64,000 bases of DNA from a virus. Location: the IMG/VR virus record IMGVR_UViG_3300009314_000709, positions 1-64,000 of that record; one strand, written 5' to 3'. Positions within the stretch are counted from its first letter, which is position 1, and each line of letters opens with the position of its first letter. A model generated the notes under the pieces. That model had not been told where the DNA came from and made no database searches. It was given only the letters and a program-made list of their open reading frames with translations. This document shows positions 8,637-18,121 of this stretch, in pieces. The position numbers and the translations under genes are program-made.

Positions 8637-9898
8637 AGCGGCTCGATCTCTGTCCTTTCCTTGGGGAAGAAAAAATTGGCTTCGTACGGAAGTTCAACAG
8701 GGAACTCCGCCCCACAAGCTGGACAAGGCACAATCAATTCTGTATCTACGCCAAATGGTGGATTATTTAGCGTGTTGCGAATGTAGTTAATGTCCGCAAC
8801 CGGTAGTCGCTCCATCAATGACTGAATGGCATGTCGGTTGTTCACCTTAGCGTTGTCATTGCCAATCTCATCAATAAGGATGGACGCCTTGTACAAGAAG
8901 GAGTCATCTGTAGCGTTAGAGAACTTCGTTTTTCGGTCCCGGTACGCTGAGATTTCAGTTTCGTGAGCGCCTGTCATCAGATGATACCTGAACGTAAACC
9001 TTGTCTTGGGCAACGTCTTGGCCAGGGTATCTTCGTGGAAGTTATCTGGGCAGTAATCTACCGGCAAGTTCAGATCAATATCATGGTCGAATGTGTGGCC
9101 ACATTCTGGACACTTGACGGTCACTTCATAGACGTTGCCGTACGAAATACCACGCAAGTAAATCAACAGGTACGTCCGATCCACGCTCAGTAGCTTTTCT
9201 GGGTTGATATCTTTCTCCATCAAGCAATTGCGGAAAATCATTTCAATACCACGTCCTTGCCGCATCAACCGAGCGGTTGAAAGAATCGTCTCTTCCTGGC
9301 CTGTCATGGGGCGAACATGGACTTCGCCGCTCATCGGTTGATCTTCGTCATGGTAAAAACGGCCTCTCGATGGAAGTGGTACCCTTTCGTAATTCTGGGT
9401 ATTCAACGCAGTGAGCAAGGCGTTAAGATGCGGATCATTCGTCATCAACTCACCAGGCTGCAATGGTTTCATGTTGCTCTGCTGATGCGGAGGCAACTGT
9501 TGCGGTGTTTGAAATGGGGCATTGGAATTAGGCTGTGATTGCGCCTGCGGCCCACCTTGCTCTTCTACTTGGGAGGCGTTTACTTCAGATAGGCGTTGTT
9601 GCAGCATTTGCTGCATACCAGGTGGCATTTGGCCCGTCACCGAAATACCATCCATTGGCCGAGGCTCCGCCTGGGTCGCTACAGGATCATCTGGCACGCT
9701 TACACCAGCTTGACGCTGCGTTTCCAAAACATCATTCAGCGATGCGGTAGGTTGTTGGGCTGCTAACTTTGCTTTATCTACGGACTCGGGAGCCGGTGCA
9801 GCTTCCGATGCCTCTGCTTCACCCGTGATCTCTGATGGATCAATCTTTACTTTCTTCTTCGATTCTTGACGGAAGGTCTTGTCTTTCTCGTCTGCCAT
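8633..9898 (-). CDS. T4 gp26-like baseplate hub assembly protein with low-complexity N-terminus
   Basis: LPSRG.FY, VRPMT..EE.IL, DR.YLLI.LR..SYG, CPECG and CPACG motifs, FFFP end. Confidence 0.85.
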   Translation of the reverse strand: MADEKDKTFRQESKKKVKIDPSEITGEAEASEAAPAPESVDKAKLAAQQPTASLNDVLETQRQAGVSVPDDPVATQAEPRPMDGISVTGQMPPGMQQMLQQRLSEVNASQVEEQGGPQAQSQPNSNAPFQTPQQLPPHQQSNMKPLQPGELMTNDPHLNALLTALNTQNYERVPLPSRGRFYHDEDQPMSGEVHVRPMTGQEETILSTARLMRQGRGIEMIFRNCLMEKDINPEKLLSVDRTYLLIYLRGISYGNVYEVTVKCPECGHTFDHDIDLNLPVDYCPDNFHEDTLAKTLPKTRFTFRYHLMTGAHETEISAYRDRKTKFSNATDDSFLYKASILIDEIGNDNAKVNNRHAIQSLMERLPVADINYIRNTLNNPPFGVDTELIVPCPACGAEFPVELPYEANFFFPKERTEIEPL

Positions 9899-9958
9899 AT
9901 TTGCTCCTCTTTGTAGCCTTAGCTTACTCTTTGATTATAGTAACGTGCGAGAATTGTT

Positions 9959-10327
9959 ATGCAGATCGACAACAATAATATCGACCAGTTGATCCTTCAA
10001 GATAAGCAAATCCAGAGGGAATTGGATCATTTCAAAGGGCTCTTCGATCAATGGGTATTAGGAACCAAAGTCCCGGCTCTGCGTTTCCTCGCACAGAAGT
10101 CCCGGTTGGAGTTGTTGGAACATCTGAACACCCAAACTAACATAGCAATTCTGGAAAGATACTTTAACGAAAAGGTAAGCGTTCAGACGATTGATTATCA
10201 TATAGCCCGACATCACAAAGTGCCGATCAAGGAAGTTGAAGTGGCTCTAAATGAAATGGAGGGCTTCACCAACAATGTCAGCATAAGTAGGGATGCTGAG
10301 CACGCTTATATATCCTTCTGGAGGTGA
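9959..10327 (+). CDS. hypothetical protein
   Basis: 122-aa ORF heading a tightly overlapping operon. Confidence 0.65.
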   Translation: MQIDNNNIDQLILQDKQIQRELDHFKGLFDQWVLGTKVPALRFLAQKSRLELLEHLNTQTNIAILERYFNEKVSVQTIDYHIARHHKVPIKEVEVALNEMEGFTNNVSISRDAEHAYISFWR

Positions 10328-10542
10328 AAATTATGGGGTTTGAGGTTGTTCTGATATTGGCGTCCGTATTGATGGCTCTAGTATGGACATTCAGTGGTTA
10401 TCGCCAACAAGATCGGAACCTCGCAATGCTGCATCATGGCCGGAGTTTGCAGTGGTTTATGATCGCTTTGGGGCTGCTCTTATTCAATAGGCTCATGGTA
10501 GAAATTGAAGTTGTCAAATTATTGATGATAGGAGGTGGTTGA
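10324..10542 (+). CDS. small membrane protein
   Basis: two hydrophobic segments; GTGA overlap. Confidence 0.6.
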   Translation: MKIMGFEVVLILASVLMALVWTFSGYRQQDRNLAMLHHGRSLQWFMIALGLLLFNRLMVEIEVVKLLMIGGG

Positions 10543-10934
10543 TGTTTACTATCGCTGTACTAGTTTTCTTCGCCCTCGGCCTAGTTGGGCTGACCCACAT
10601 CATTGTGGATAGCACAATCATGTCCAAATGGCGCAAGTATGTCAAAGATAACGACATACCATTCTTGTTTGGATACAAACTTTATGACATGGTTAGCTGT
10701 CATCAATGCGCTGGCTTCTGGGTGGGCTTAGTTGGTTGGCCTTGGGCACTGCCCTTCCTGTCAATTGAATGGTCATTCCTCAAGATACTAGTTCTTCCCG
10801 TCATTGCACTCTTATCAGGTTGTGCTATCAGCTTGCTTACTATGACCAGCCGGGCGTTGATTGATTGGCTGACGCTGAACGTGCAGATACCAGAGGAGCT
10901 TTGGAATGAGCCAGAAACGACTGACGAGGCTTAA
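10542..10934 (+). CDS. DUF1360-like membrane protein
   Basis: CHQCAGFWVG motif between TM helices. Confidence 0.65.
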   Translation: MFTIAVLVFFALGLVGLTHIIVDSTIMSKWRKYVKDNDIPFLFGYKLYDMVSCHQCAGFWVGLVGWPWALPFLSIEWSFLKILVLPVIALLSGCAISLLTMTSRALIDWLTLNVQIPEELWNEPETTDEA

Positions 10935-11289
10935 TGTCAAACATGCTATTCTAACCGATACTAGGTTTCGAGACCTGTTCCCGGAACTGAAAAAAGAAAT
11001 CGCTAAGGTACTAAGCAATCCATCGTGTGCGTGTAATGTTCCCTTCTATGACCGGTTTTTCAAATACAAAGATCGCCTGGCAAAATACTTCTCAGGTCAC
11101 GAAATCAAAGCGCCCCAAGAAGAAGCCGTCGAAGAGAACCAGAACCATTGGAATGTCATCAACTGTAAAGTTGACGAGCTAGAAGAAGTGCTTAACAAAC
11201 TACACAAAGTAGGTCGGGTCCAAATCGCCGTGGCCCGATACCAAGATGAATTAACCGTGATCGTAAATGATACAGGAATTGTGTTTTGA
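10906..11289 (+). CDS. hypothetical protein
   Basis: NPSCACN motif; SD GAGGAG upstream. Confidence 0.7.
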   Translation: MSQKRLTRLNVKHAILTDTRFRDLFPELKKEIAKVLSNPSCACNVPFYDRFFKYKDRLAKYFSGHEIKAPQEEAVEENQNHWNVINCKVDELEEVLNKLHKVGRVQIAVARYQDELTVIVNDTGIVF

Positions 11290-11549
11290 TCTTAGAACTA
11301 TCAGTATTCCTTGCCGCTACCCTCCTAACAGGACTATGCTCCATCCTGGAAGTAGGATGGGTAGATGGAATCGTCAAGAACAACGCTTTAAGAACAGCGA
11401 TAATCGATGCCGGTATCTCAGCAGTGTACTTCATTGGCCTGTATTTTGCCTTTGCTGAAAAGTACCCAATCGCACTGCCAGGAATGGTGATAGGGGGAAG
11501 TCTTGGAGTATACATTGGCGTGAAAATGAAAGAAAGACGTGAACAGTGA
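11286..11549 (+). CDS. small membrane protein
   Basis: about 3 TM segments, GGSLGVYIG end. Confidence 0.6.
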   Translation: MILELSVFLAATLLTGLCSILEVGWVDGIVKNNALRTAIIDAGISAVYFIGLYFAFAEKYPIALPGMVIGGSLGVYIGVKMKERREQ

Positions 11550-11776
11550 ATGGCGTATTTGCAAATGTGATGCTTGGATACTTAGCAATCGGCATACTGT
11601 GGTTCTTCTATGTGATGTGGCGGTACATAGCAAACAAACAACAAGGTGACGATGGCCTGTTGATTGCGTGTGTTTTCCAATGGCCGCTCACCCTAGGACC
11701 ACATATCCGTCGCCGATTGTGGTGCGGGCCAGGAAAGTATGATGTCCTCTGGTTCGACGGAAAAATGCATAAATGA
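11546..11776 (+). CDS. small membrane protein
   Basis: hydrophobic N-half, WP motif, GTGA overlap. Confidence 0.55.
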   Translation: MNGVFANVMLGYLAIGILWFFYVMWRYIANKQQGDDGLLIACVFQWPLTLGPHIRRRLWCGPGKYDVLWFDGKMHK

Positions 11777-12690
11777 ACTATATTCTCCAGCCGTATGATG
11801 ATGCCCTTTCAGAAATCCTTGAATATGGAGTTCGCAAAGAGAACCGTACTGGTGTTGATACGCTAGCCATATTCGGGATGCAAAAACGTTATAATATCAG
11901 CACACACTTTCCGCTTCTTACGAAGCGGAAAGTGTGGCCCAAAGCAATCTTCGCCGAACTTCTCTGGGTGCTTTCCGGCTCTACCAACAACGAAGACCTA
12001 CAAGAGCTAGGTTCAAACATTTGGACACCGTGGGTTGATGCTGAGTTTGAATTAAAACACGGTTACACCTCTGGGAGCTTCGGCCCAGTTTACGGTTTTC
12101 AGTTAAGGCACTTTGGGGGCTACTATGCACACGGCAGACGCCCTAAGAAAAAGACCTGGCGGGAAGTCTTGTTGGACTACCTTTCTTTTAACCAACCACT
12201 CTGGGAATATGGCGAAAAGGGATTCGATCAACTCGCCTACATGATGAAAGAACTCAAAGAGAACCCAAATTCTCGACGCATACTCTGGTCGTTATGGAAT
12301 CCCAAAAGTATGCATAAAATGCGGCTTCCGCCATGTCACTTTACTTTCCAGTTATTCGTTCACGAAGACAAGTTGAGCGGACACTTAACACAACGTAGTT
12401 GCGATTTTCCGGTGGGCGTGCCTGCAAATGTTCAGTTCTACAGCGCCCTTGTGTACATGTTTGCGCAACAAGCGGGCTACAAGCCGCACGAGTTGGTTCA
12501 CACATCGGTAGATAGCCACATCTACGTCAATCAAATAGAAGCGGTGGAGGAATACCTAGCAAGACCCGCCCCGGACTCACCCCGTTTGGAGCTAAAAAAG
12601 GCAGATGACATCTTTTCTTACAAAATGGAAGACTTCACCATCGTTGACTACAGTCCAGAGTCGAAATTGTCGATACCAGTAGCAGTATGA
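11773..12690 (+). CDS. thyA: thymidylate synthase
   Basis: RTGV, FPLLTK, GPVYGFQ, NSRR, LPPCH, QRSCD, HIY motifs; Asn in PANV indicates dUMP specificity. Confidence 0.97.
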   Translation: MNYILQPYDDALSEILEYGVRKENRTGVDTLAIFGMQKRYNISTHFPLLTKRKVWPKAIFAELLWVLSGSTNNEDLQELGSNIWTPWVDAEFELKHGYTSGSFGPVYGFQLRHFGGYYAHGRRPKKKTWREVLLDYLSFNQPLWEYGEKGFDQLAYMMKELKENPNSRRILWSLWNPKSMHKMRLPPCHFTFQLFVHEDKLSGHLTQRSCDFPVGVPANVQFYSALVYMFAQQAGYKPHELVHTSVDSHIYVNQIEAVEEYLARPAPDSPRLELKKADDIFSYKMEDFTIVDYSPESKLSIPVAV

Positions 12691-12908
12691 GTGATCCCTC
12701 TGCAATTGAACGATTAAAGGCTGACGCTGCCCGGTGGGCGTATGTGCGAGATAACTTAGTTAGAATGCATAGTCCCAAGATGAATGGCCAACATAGTTAT
12801 CGGTTCTCGCCCCTTTACCGCTATACAGGGCAAACGATAGAGATTGCGATAGATAAGGCAATCGAAGATACCAATAGAAGGAAGAAAGAGGCACAAGACG
12901 ATAGATGA
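12687..12908 (+). CDS. hypothetical phage protein
   Basis: DAARW..VR...AID.AI pattern; ATGA overlap. Confidence 0.6.
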   Translation: MSDPSAIERLKADAARWAYVRDNLVRMHSPKMNGQHSYRFSPLYRYTGQTIEIAIDKAIEDTNRRKKEAQDDR

Positions 12909-12977
12909 TAGCAGTGTATGGGATTATTTTCATTTATATTCTATATACTGAAAACTCCTATTAAATGAGTTGATGAA

Positions 12978-13232
12978 ATGAAATCCTTTGAAACATGGGT
13001 TGAAGAAAATCAATTGAATGAAATTCCAGTCCCAGATCCTTCAAACGTATCAAGAATGGGATCGGCAATGGCGGGGACGGGAGCGAAGTTCGATTTGGGC
13101 GGATGCCACTTGCAACTTGTAGGGAACCAATTGCACATATCTCGCCGAGCGGGCGGTGCTGAAAATGTGGTGCTTTTAGCGCTATCTCCCCAGCAGGTTC
13201 AACAAATGACAGCCGAACTGGAACTTACATAA
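12978..13232 (+). CDS. small protein with capsid-targeting-like N-terminus
   Basis: MKSFETWVEENQLNE; TATATA at 12942. Confidence 0.7.
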   Translation: MKSFETWVEENQLNEIPVPDPSNVSRMGSAMAGTGAKFDLGGCHLQLVGNQLHISRRAGGAENVVLLALSPQQVQQMTAELELT

Positions 13233-13588
13233 AAAATTTACAACGAGCATTTGAAACCGCCCAGTTAACACTACGGTCAAAGCGAGAATTACCGTTTTCG
13301 GTAATTGGTCTTGATGTTGACTTTCAAATTTCACCCACACCAACATTTTTAGATGGCGGGCAAGCGATAGCTTGCAGACAAAGGAAGTTTCTTGATTTTG
13401 AGCAAATGAGAACGGTGCTCAACAACATCGTAAATCAAGGCGGTAAGTTGTACATGTATAAATTGTACGAGCAAGACGAGTACGGTATGGACATGCATCT
13501 AACAGGGCGAAAAAGGTATTACCTGAGTTACGCTAATCGAACCCCAACAGTCGGTGAAGGAGATGGCAACACTCCTCGTAGCGTATGA
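13229..13588 (+). CDS. hypothetical protein, reading frame open from a non-canonical ATA (first ATG 13406)
   Basis: frame is stop-free 13163-13588; ATA overlaps upstream TAA. Confidence 0.45.
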   Translation: MKNLQRAFETAQLTLRSKRELPFSVIGLDVDFQISPTPTFLDGGQAIACRQRKFLDFEQMRTVLNNIVNQGGKLYMYKLYEQDEYGMDMHLTGRKRYYLSYANRTPTVGEGDGNTPRSV

Positions 13589-14222
13589 TGAAAACGGCGT
13601 CATCGGAAATGAAGGCCAAATCCCCTGGCACTTGCCAGGGGATTTGGCTCAGTTCAAAAAACGCACGATGGGGCAGGCTGTCATCATGGGCCGCAAGACT
13701 TGGGACAGCTTGCCAGAGAAACCCCTGCCCGCCCGACTTAACATCGTGCTCACACGTAATCCAGAGAAGTTCCTAGAGAGCCATGAGCTATCTGAGGAAC
13801 TAGCTGTTCTCGACAATATCACAGACGCCATTGACGAAGCAGAGCAAAGAGACAAACACCCATACATCATCGGCGGCGCTCAAATCTACGAAGAGGCTTG
13901 GAAACATGGCCTTGTAGATACGATTATCGCAACCGAGGTAGAGGGTACACATGAGGGCGATACACACTTTCCGCTCTTAGAGGAAGGACACGCATGGATG
14001 TGTACAACCTTAGAGGAGCATGAAGGTTTCCAAATAGTCGAACACAAGCATTTTGATGCCGTGGCAGACGAGGTGTGGGACTTACGAGAAGAGGTTGTCC
14101 GGTTAAAGAAAGCACTGCGTAAAGCAAGAGCCCAGCTTGCCTCGTATACGAGGCAAGCTGGGCGGCGGTTTCGGGATGAATCGGACTACGTTCAATACCA
14201 TGATGAAGAATACGAGAGGTAA
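13563..14222 (+). CDS. folA: dihydrofolate reductase with C-terminal coiled extension
   Basis: VIGNEGQIPWHLPGDL..FK..T, IMGRKTWDSLP.KPLP.R.NIVLTR, IIGGAQIY, GDTHFP. Confidence 0.95.
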   Translation: MATLLVAYDENGVIGNEGQIPWHLPGDLAQFKKRTMGQAVIMGRKTWDSLPEKPLPARLNIVLTRNPEKFLESHELSEELAVLDNITDAIDEAEQRDKHPYIIGGAQIYEEAWKHGLVDTIIATEVEGTHEGDTHFPLLEEGHAWMCTTLEEHEGFQIVEHKHFDAVADEVWDLREEVVRLKKALRKARAQLASYTRQAGRRFRDESDYVQYHDEEYER

Positions 14223-14792
14223 ATGATGGATTATCAAATAGTGACTTTAGATGAGCCTGGCGGAGAGATGATGCGAGATACTGATGTGTATGTCGTCACT
14301 GACAACACATTCTTGCCCAATCTTACCGTAAGTCAAACTGTGCTACATCCTGGGCAAAGCACAAAAGGTCATTCGCACGAACGGTTAGATGAGGTATACA
14401 TTTTCATTAGTGGATTGGGATTCATGGAATTGGGTTCTCAGGATGTGGCCGAGGACACAATAACCGTGCGGCCTGGCGATATGATCTTCATTCGTGGTGG
14501 CGCTTTTTATCGAGTACACAATAAGGAAAGACGTATAACGCCCGGCAACGCAAAAGTAGATACTTACAAAAAGGATTTGGTATTCACCTGCATCTTTCAG
14601 AAGTATGAAAGAGAAGAAGCGGGCAAGCGAGAAGAGGAGGATAGACGAGTAGAAAAGAAAGTGAATGAGTACCTTGACAGTCTGACCGCAGAAACTTTTT
14701 CACCTATCCTGGATGGTAGTCGTGGTCACTTGAGGGCTCAGTTTCGCAAAGAAGTTAGAAAAGAAATGGCCGCAGAGGAGAAAGAGAAATGA
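14223..14792 (+). CDS. cupin domain protein
   Basis: LHPGQST.GHSH...DEVY.FISG.G and PGD..FI..G.F.RV.N motifs. Confidence 0.85.
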   Translation: MMDYQIVTLDEPGGEMMRDTDVYVVTDNTFLPNLTVSQTVLHPGQSTKGHSHERLDEVYIFISGLGFMELGSQDVAEDTITVRPGDMIFIRGGAFYRVHNKERRITPGNAKVDTYKKDLVFTCIFQKYEREEAGKREEEDRRVEKKVNEYLDSLTAETFSPILDGSRGHLRAQFRKEVRKEMAAEEKEK

Positions 14793-15268
14793 TGCGTGTC
14801 ATCAATGGATTGCTTATTCTATCACTGGTGGTGGCTGGACTGGCCTTTGTGCACTTTGAATTCATCAAGCCTGGTCTGGAGGAGAATCGTCAGCTTCAAG
14901 AGCAGTTGGAATCCAGCACTGTCGAACAACAGATTCATCCTTCGCTTCCGTTGCGAAACCTGGAACGCATTGCCACCATGCCCGAAGATCGTGTTGCTCG
15001 GCGGGTAATTGACATGATGGTAGGGGAGACCGCCTTTGTTGCCAGAGGGGCTTTGGTGGTTGATGAGCCAAAGCGTTGTTGGCTTCATCCCCAAGCGGTA
15101 GCAGGGGCGACTATATCAGATCAGTCTCTAGTGACATTCATGCTCAAGATCACACGTGTAGCAGACGGGTTCGAGGTGGAGATCAACGATGCTTCAAAAT
15201 ACCGTTGGACACCTGAACTCAGTGTTCCTGCATCTTATTTTCCGGTGGTTAAGATAAGTAGCTATTAG
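14789..15268 (+). CDS. membrane-anchored hypothetical protein
   Basis: N-terminal TM helix. Confidence 0.65.
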   Translation: MMRVINGLLILSLVVAGLAFVHFEFIKPGLEENRQLQEQLESSTVEQQIHPSLPLRNLERIATMPEDRVARRVIDMMVGETAFVARGALVVDEPKRCWLHPQAVAGATISDQSLVTFMLKITRVADGFEVEINDASKYRWTPELSVPASYFPVVKISSY

Positions 15269-16029
15269 GCTCCACCAGCCACCATACCAGTACCGATAAG
15301 GCCACCAGTTCCCAAAGCCTTTGCCCAACCAGGATGTTTCTTAGCAAACCCTCTCCACTTATCACCAAGTCCGCCAACAGCGCCTCGAATACCGGCTTGC
15401 CTACTAAGTGTTTTCGACCGACCCATTCGTTGGCCAAGTCGTTCAGCACCCCGGCCGACTGCGCCTAACAGTCCTTTTTCCTGACCTACGTCTTTTCCCC
15501 ATGCTTGGACTTTTTGGACTACGCCGCCAGCCTTCATAGCATCAGTGTCGTGTCGATCTTGTAATTGTTTGTCAAGCTGTTCAGAACCTTGTCTCACCTG
15601 CTTTAAGAATTTTTGTATTATCTGTGCGCTTTGTACCCCTTTTGCTGTGTCAACGCCCATTGTTTGGGCTTGAGTAAGTGCTTGCGTAAGATCAGCAACA
15701 GCGTTGATCGCTTTTTCATACGCTGGGGTAATTTGATGTGCCTGACCTTTGCCAAACCATCCACGTATTCCTTTATCTGCACGTTGACCTAGCTTAGCGC
15801 CACCTACTGCACCGCCGACAGTTCCCATTGGGCCGAGAATAGAACCTAGGGCACCTCCGCCAACAGCGCCCACCATACTACCCACACCTTCTTGAATGTC
15901 AAGTTCAAGGATTTCTATGAGGTCATTGATGGGCTCTAAACTCAAGTTGTTGTCTACAATGTAGACCGCACATTCCCAGATGATACGATCAAGTTCTCGT
16001 TGCTCAAAGTAAGTTTGAAACGTGCTCAT
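15265..16029 (-). CDS. glycine-zipper protein with capsid-targeting-like N-terminus
   Basis: MSTFQTYFEQRE; GxxxG repeats GVGSMVGAVGGGALGSILGPMGTVGGAVGG. Confidence 0.7.
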   Translation of the reverse strand: MSTFQTYFEQRELDRIIWECAVYIVDNNLSLEPINDLIEILELDIQEGVGSMVGAVGGGALGSILGPMGTVGGAVGGAKLGQRADKGIRGWFGKGQAHQITPAYEKAINAVADLTQALTQAQTMGVDTAKGVQSAQIIQKFLKQVRQGSEQLDKQLQDRHDTDAMKAGGVVQKVQAWGKDVGQEKGLLGAVGRGAERLGQRMGRSKTLSRQAGIRGAVGGLGDKWRGFAKKHPGWAKALGTGGLIGTGMVAGGA

Positions 16030-16030
16030 G

Positions 16031-16261
16031 TTATGATCCTTGCGAATTGAGTTGGGTGCCTACGATTTGTAATATTTGCTGAGCCTGCCTTACTTTTCCA
16101 AGCAGATCACCAGCATTAGGCATTTGTCCTCTCAGCACATCATGTAGTTGTTCTATTGCTTGGGCGGCTGTAGCGTGTGCCTGAGTGGTTGGATTGGTGT
16201 CGAACATCTCTGAGAGCGAGCGACGTTGGTAGTACTCATCGAAACTGATAGCCACGGTCAT
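16031..16261 (-). CDS. small helical protein with capsid-targeting-like N-terminus
   Basis: ISFDEYYQRRSLSE; TAAATA 7 nt before ATG. Confidence 0.65.
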   Translation of the reverse strand: MTVAISFDEYYQRRSLSEMFDTNPTTQAHATAAQAIEQLHDVLRGQMPNAGDLLGKVRQAQQILQIVGTQLNSQGS

Positions 16262-16267
16262 AGTATC

Positions 16268-17236
16268 TTATTTATGTATACCGGGCATTTTTACGATGGT
16301 TTGTTTTCCTTGTTTTAAGCGTTGGCAGCCAGCGATCATCTTGTCGGGGTATTCTTGATACTTGGGAAGTTCGATAGGCCACTTGTCATGTTCCTGTCGA
16401 CGAGAACCAAGGACAATCGCATTACGATAGAACTGCTGAGCTTTTTCGTAATTGGCCAACCGGTGGTAGTAAATGTCACCGAGAAGACACCAAAATTCGG
16501 CCATCACTGGATTGACAGCCAAGCACTCCAAGATATGCTTCAGTGCTTGATTAGCATCCTTCTTGATATGACAAAGCACAATTGCTATATAGTACTTCAT
16601 CATCAATGTGGACTTTCTCACTGCTCGTTCGGTGAAAAGGTACTTGGAAGCATAACCCAGAAAGTGATCCCAATCTTGTTGCGAAAGATAATGGAACGCT
16701 AGGTAGTAAGGCGGTTCGGGGCTAGCTGGTTGTTGCTGAGACCATTCTTTTAAGATGTCGATAGAGACACAGCGATCTCCATCTCCGTACAACATTCCAC
16801 TCAAAACCTCAGCATCATCATCGTTGATATTAAGGTATTCGTAAATCGGATTTATGAATGAGATGTTGAGCGACTTGTGCCAAAGCCGTACCTCGTAGGA
16901 GACTGTATTGTTCTTCAGTATTGGCATGAAGTAAGCTGCCGGATCGCCATCCAAAACGGCTTTGATTCCCGCAGGATCGGTGACAATCTCCCAAGGCTCT
17001 AACACCATCTGCCATTCATACTCCGATTGATTGGACAGTCGGTTACGAAGTTCAGCAAAATTGCTGACCTGGCCGACATTGAAGACCTGCAAACCAAGAC
17101 CTCGGCAGAGATCGCTAGAGCCATCTTCTGAACCGATATCCGCAATCAGAAATTCTGGACTTAGCGTAGCGAGTGAATCAAACGCCCGGCACACAGTCTG
17201 TATGTCGTTACGCACTAGTATCTGGCATGTCAGCAT
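16268..17236 (-). CDS. GT2-like glycosyltransferase domain plus TPR repeats (degenerate DxD)
   Basis: ILVRND, ADIGSEDGS, NFAELRN, W.MVLEPWE, F.NPIYE; C-terminal TPRs. Confidence 0.75.
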   Translation of the reverse strand: MLTCQILVRNDIQTVCRAFDSLATLSPEFLIADIGSEDGSSDLCRGLGLQVFNVGQVSNFAELRNRLSNQSEYEWQMVLEPWEIVTDPAGIKAVLDGDPAAYFMPILKNNTVSYEVRLWHKSLNISFINPIYEYLNINDDDAEVLSGMLYGDGDRCVSIDILKEWSQQQPASPEPPYYLAFHYLSQQDWDHFLGYASKYLFTERAVRKSTLMMKYYIAIVLCHIKKDANQALKHILECLAVNPVMAEFWCLLGDIYYHRLANYEKAQQFYRNAIVLGSRRQEHDKWPIELPKYQEYPDKMIAGCQRLKQGKQTIVKMPGIHK

Positions 17237-17411
17237 CTAATCTTCCCCAGGGAGCAGACGGTAGTTCATCGAACACTTCCTTTAGTAAGAAAGTAAAAGC
17301 GTTTGCTTCATCGTGCTTACCTAGCTTTTCGTAATAGGTACGTAGATCACGATAAGGCTTGGGGGCGTGCGGGTTGTCGAGTAGAGCTTTGTAAAGTGCC
17401 GATATTTCCAT
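17208..17411 (-). CDS. small TPR-like protein
   Basis: NP....PY.DL..YY..LG..DEA pattern. Confidence 0.55.
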   Translation of the reverse strand: MEISALYKALLDNPHAPKPYRDLRTYYEKLGKHDEANAFTFLLKEVFDELPSAPWGRLDADMPDTSA

Positions 17412-17533
17412 TTTCACATAATAGACTGAAATTCCGACAAGATTTGACAAAAAAAATGACTTTGCTGCACACATACACTAGATGGGGTTTTCTGCTTCAA
17501 TTTCAACAGCGGCTTTCTAGTATAAGGGTGGCT

Positions 17534-18025
17534 ATGGCGAATGAATACATTATTAACTCAAAGCTCGAAGAAACCATTGCTAGGTTTCAGCAAGCCAAGT
17601 TGAGACGGTCTGAAAGTCGAGAGTTTCAGCAGGAATACGATAAGTTACAGGAACAGCTAGCGTATTTCTTTTACGAGCTATCCGAGAACATCATCAAGGC
17701 TTTCAATTTCAAGCTGATCGATTATGACGACGCCCTCCAAGAGGGCGTTTTAATTGCTCTACAGAAAGTTGACAGGTTCGATCACAATTACATTGGCAAG
17801 AATGGTAAGAAGGCAAAAGCCTTCAACTACATGACAACTTGTATCCTGAATCACTTTCGCCAACTCTATCGTGGCGCTAAAAACCATTACGAGCTACAAC
17901 GCAAATACTATGACCACCTCATTGACAAGTTGGATTATGTAATGCGTGATTGGGGAACGAACGGACAGACTAGAGCGACGTACAAACAAGTTACGCAACG
18001 ACGTGATGGTAACTTTAGAATGTGA
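17534..18025 (+). CDS. phage late-transcription sigma factor (T4 gp55-like, sigma region 2)
   Basis: YIIN..L, DDALQEG....L.KVDRFD, KAFNYMTTCILN motifs. Confidence 0.8.
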   Translation: MANEYIINSKLEETIARFQQAKLRRSESREFQQEYDKLQEQLAYFFYELSENIIKAFNFKLIDYDDALQEGVLIALQKVDRFDHNYIGKNGKKAKAFNYMTTCILNHFRQLYRGAKNHYELQRKYYDHLIDKLDYVMRDWGTNGQTRATYKQVTQRRDGNFRM

Positions 18026-18121
18026 TGCGCTATTTGCGCTTTTTAGGTGGGTTTATCTAAAGATATGAAGTTCATCAGACGATACCATACATATCCGACA
18101 CACGAACGTGAGAGGAGGAAG

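Noticed and set aside
12110-12225. Possible intron or intein in thyA
   Set aside because: Only a short in-frame insertion without stops or splicing motifs
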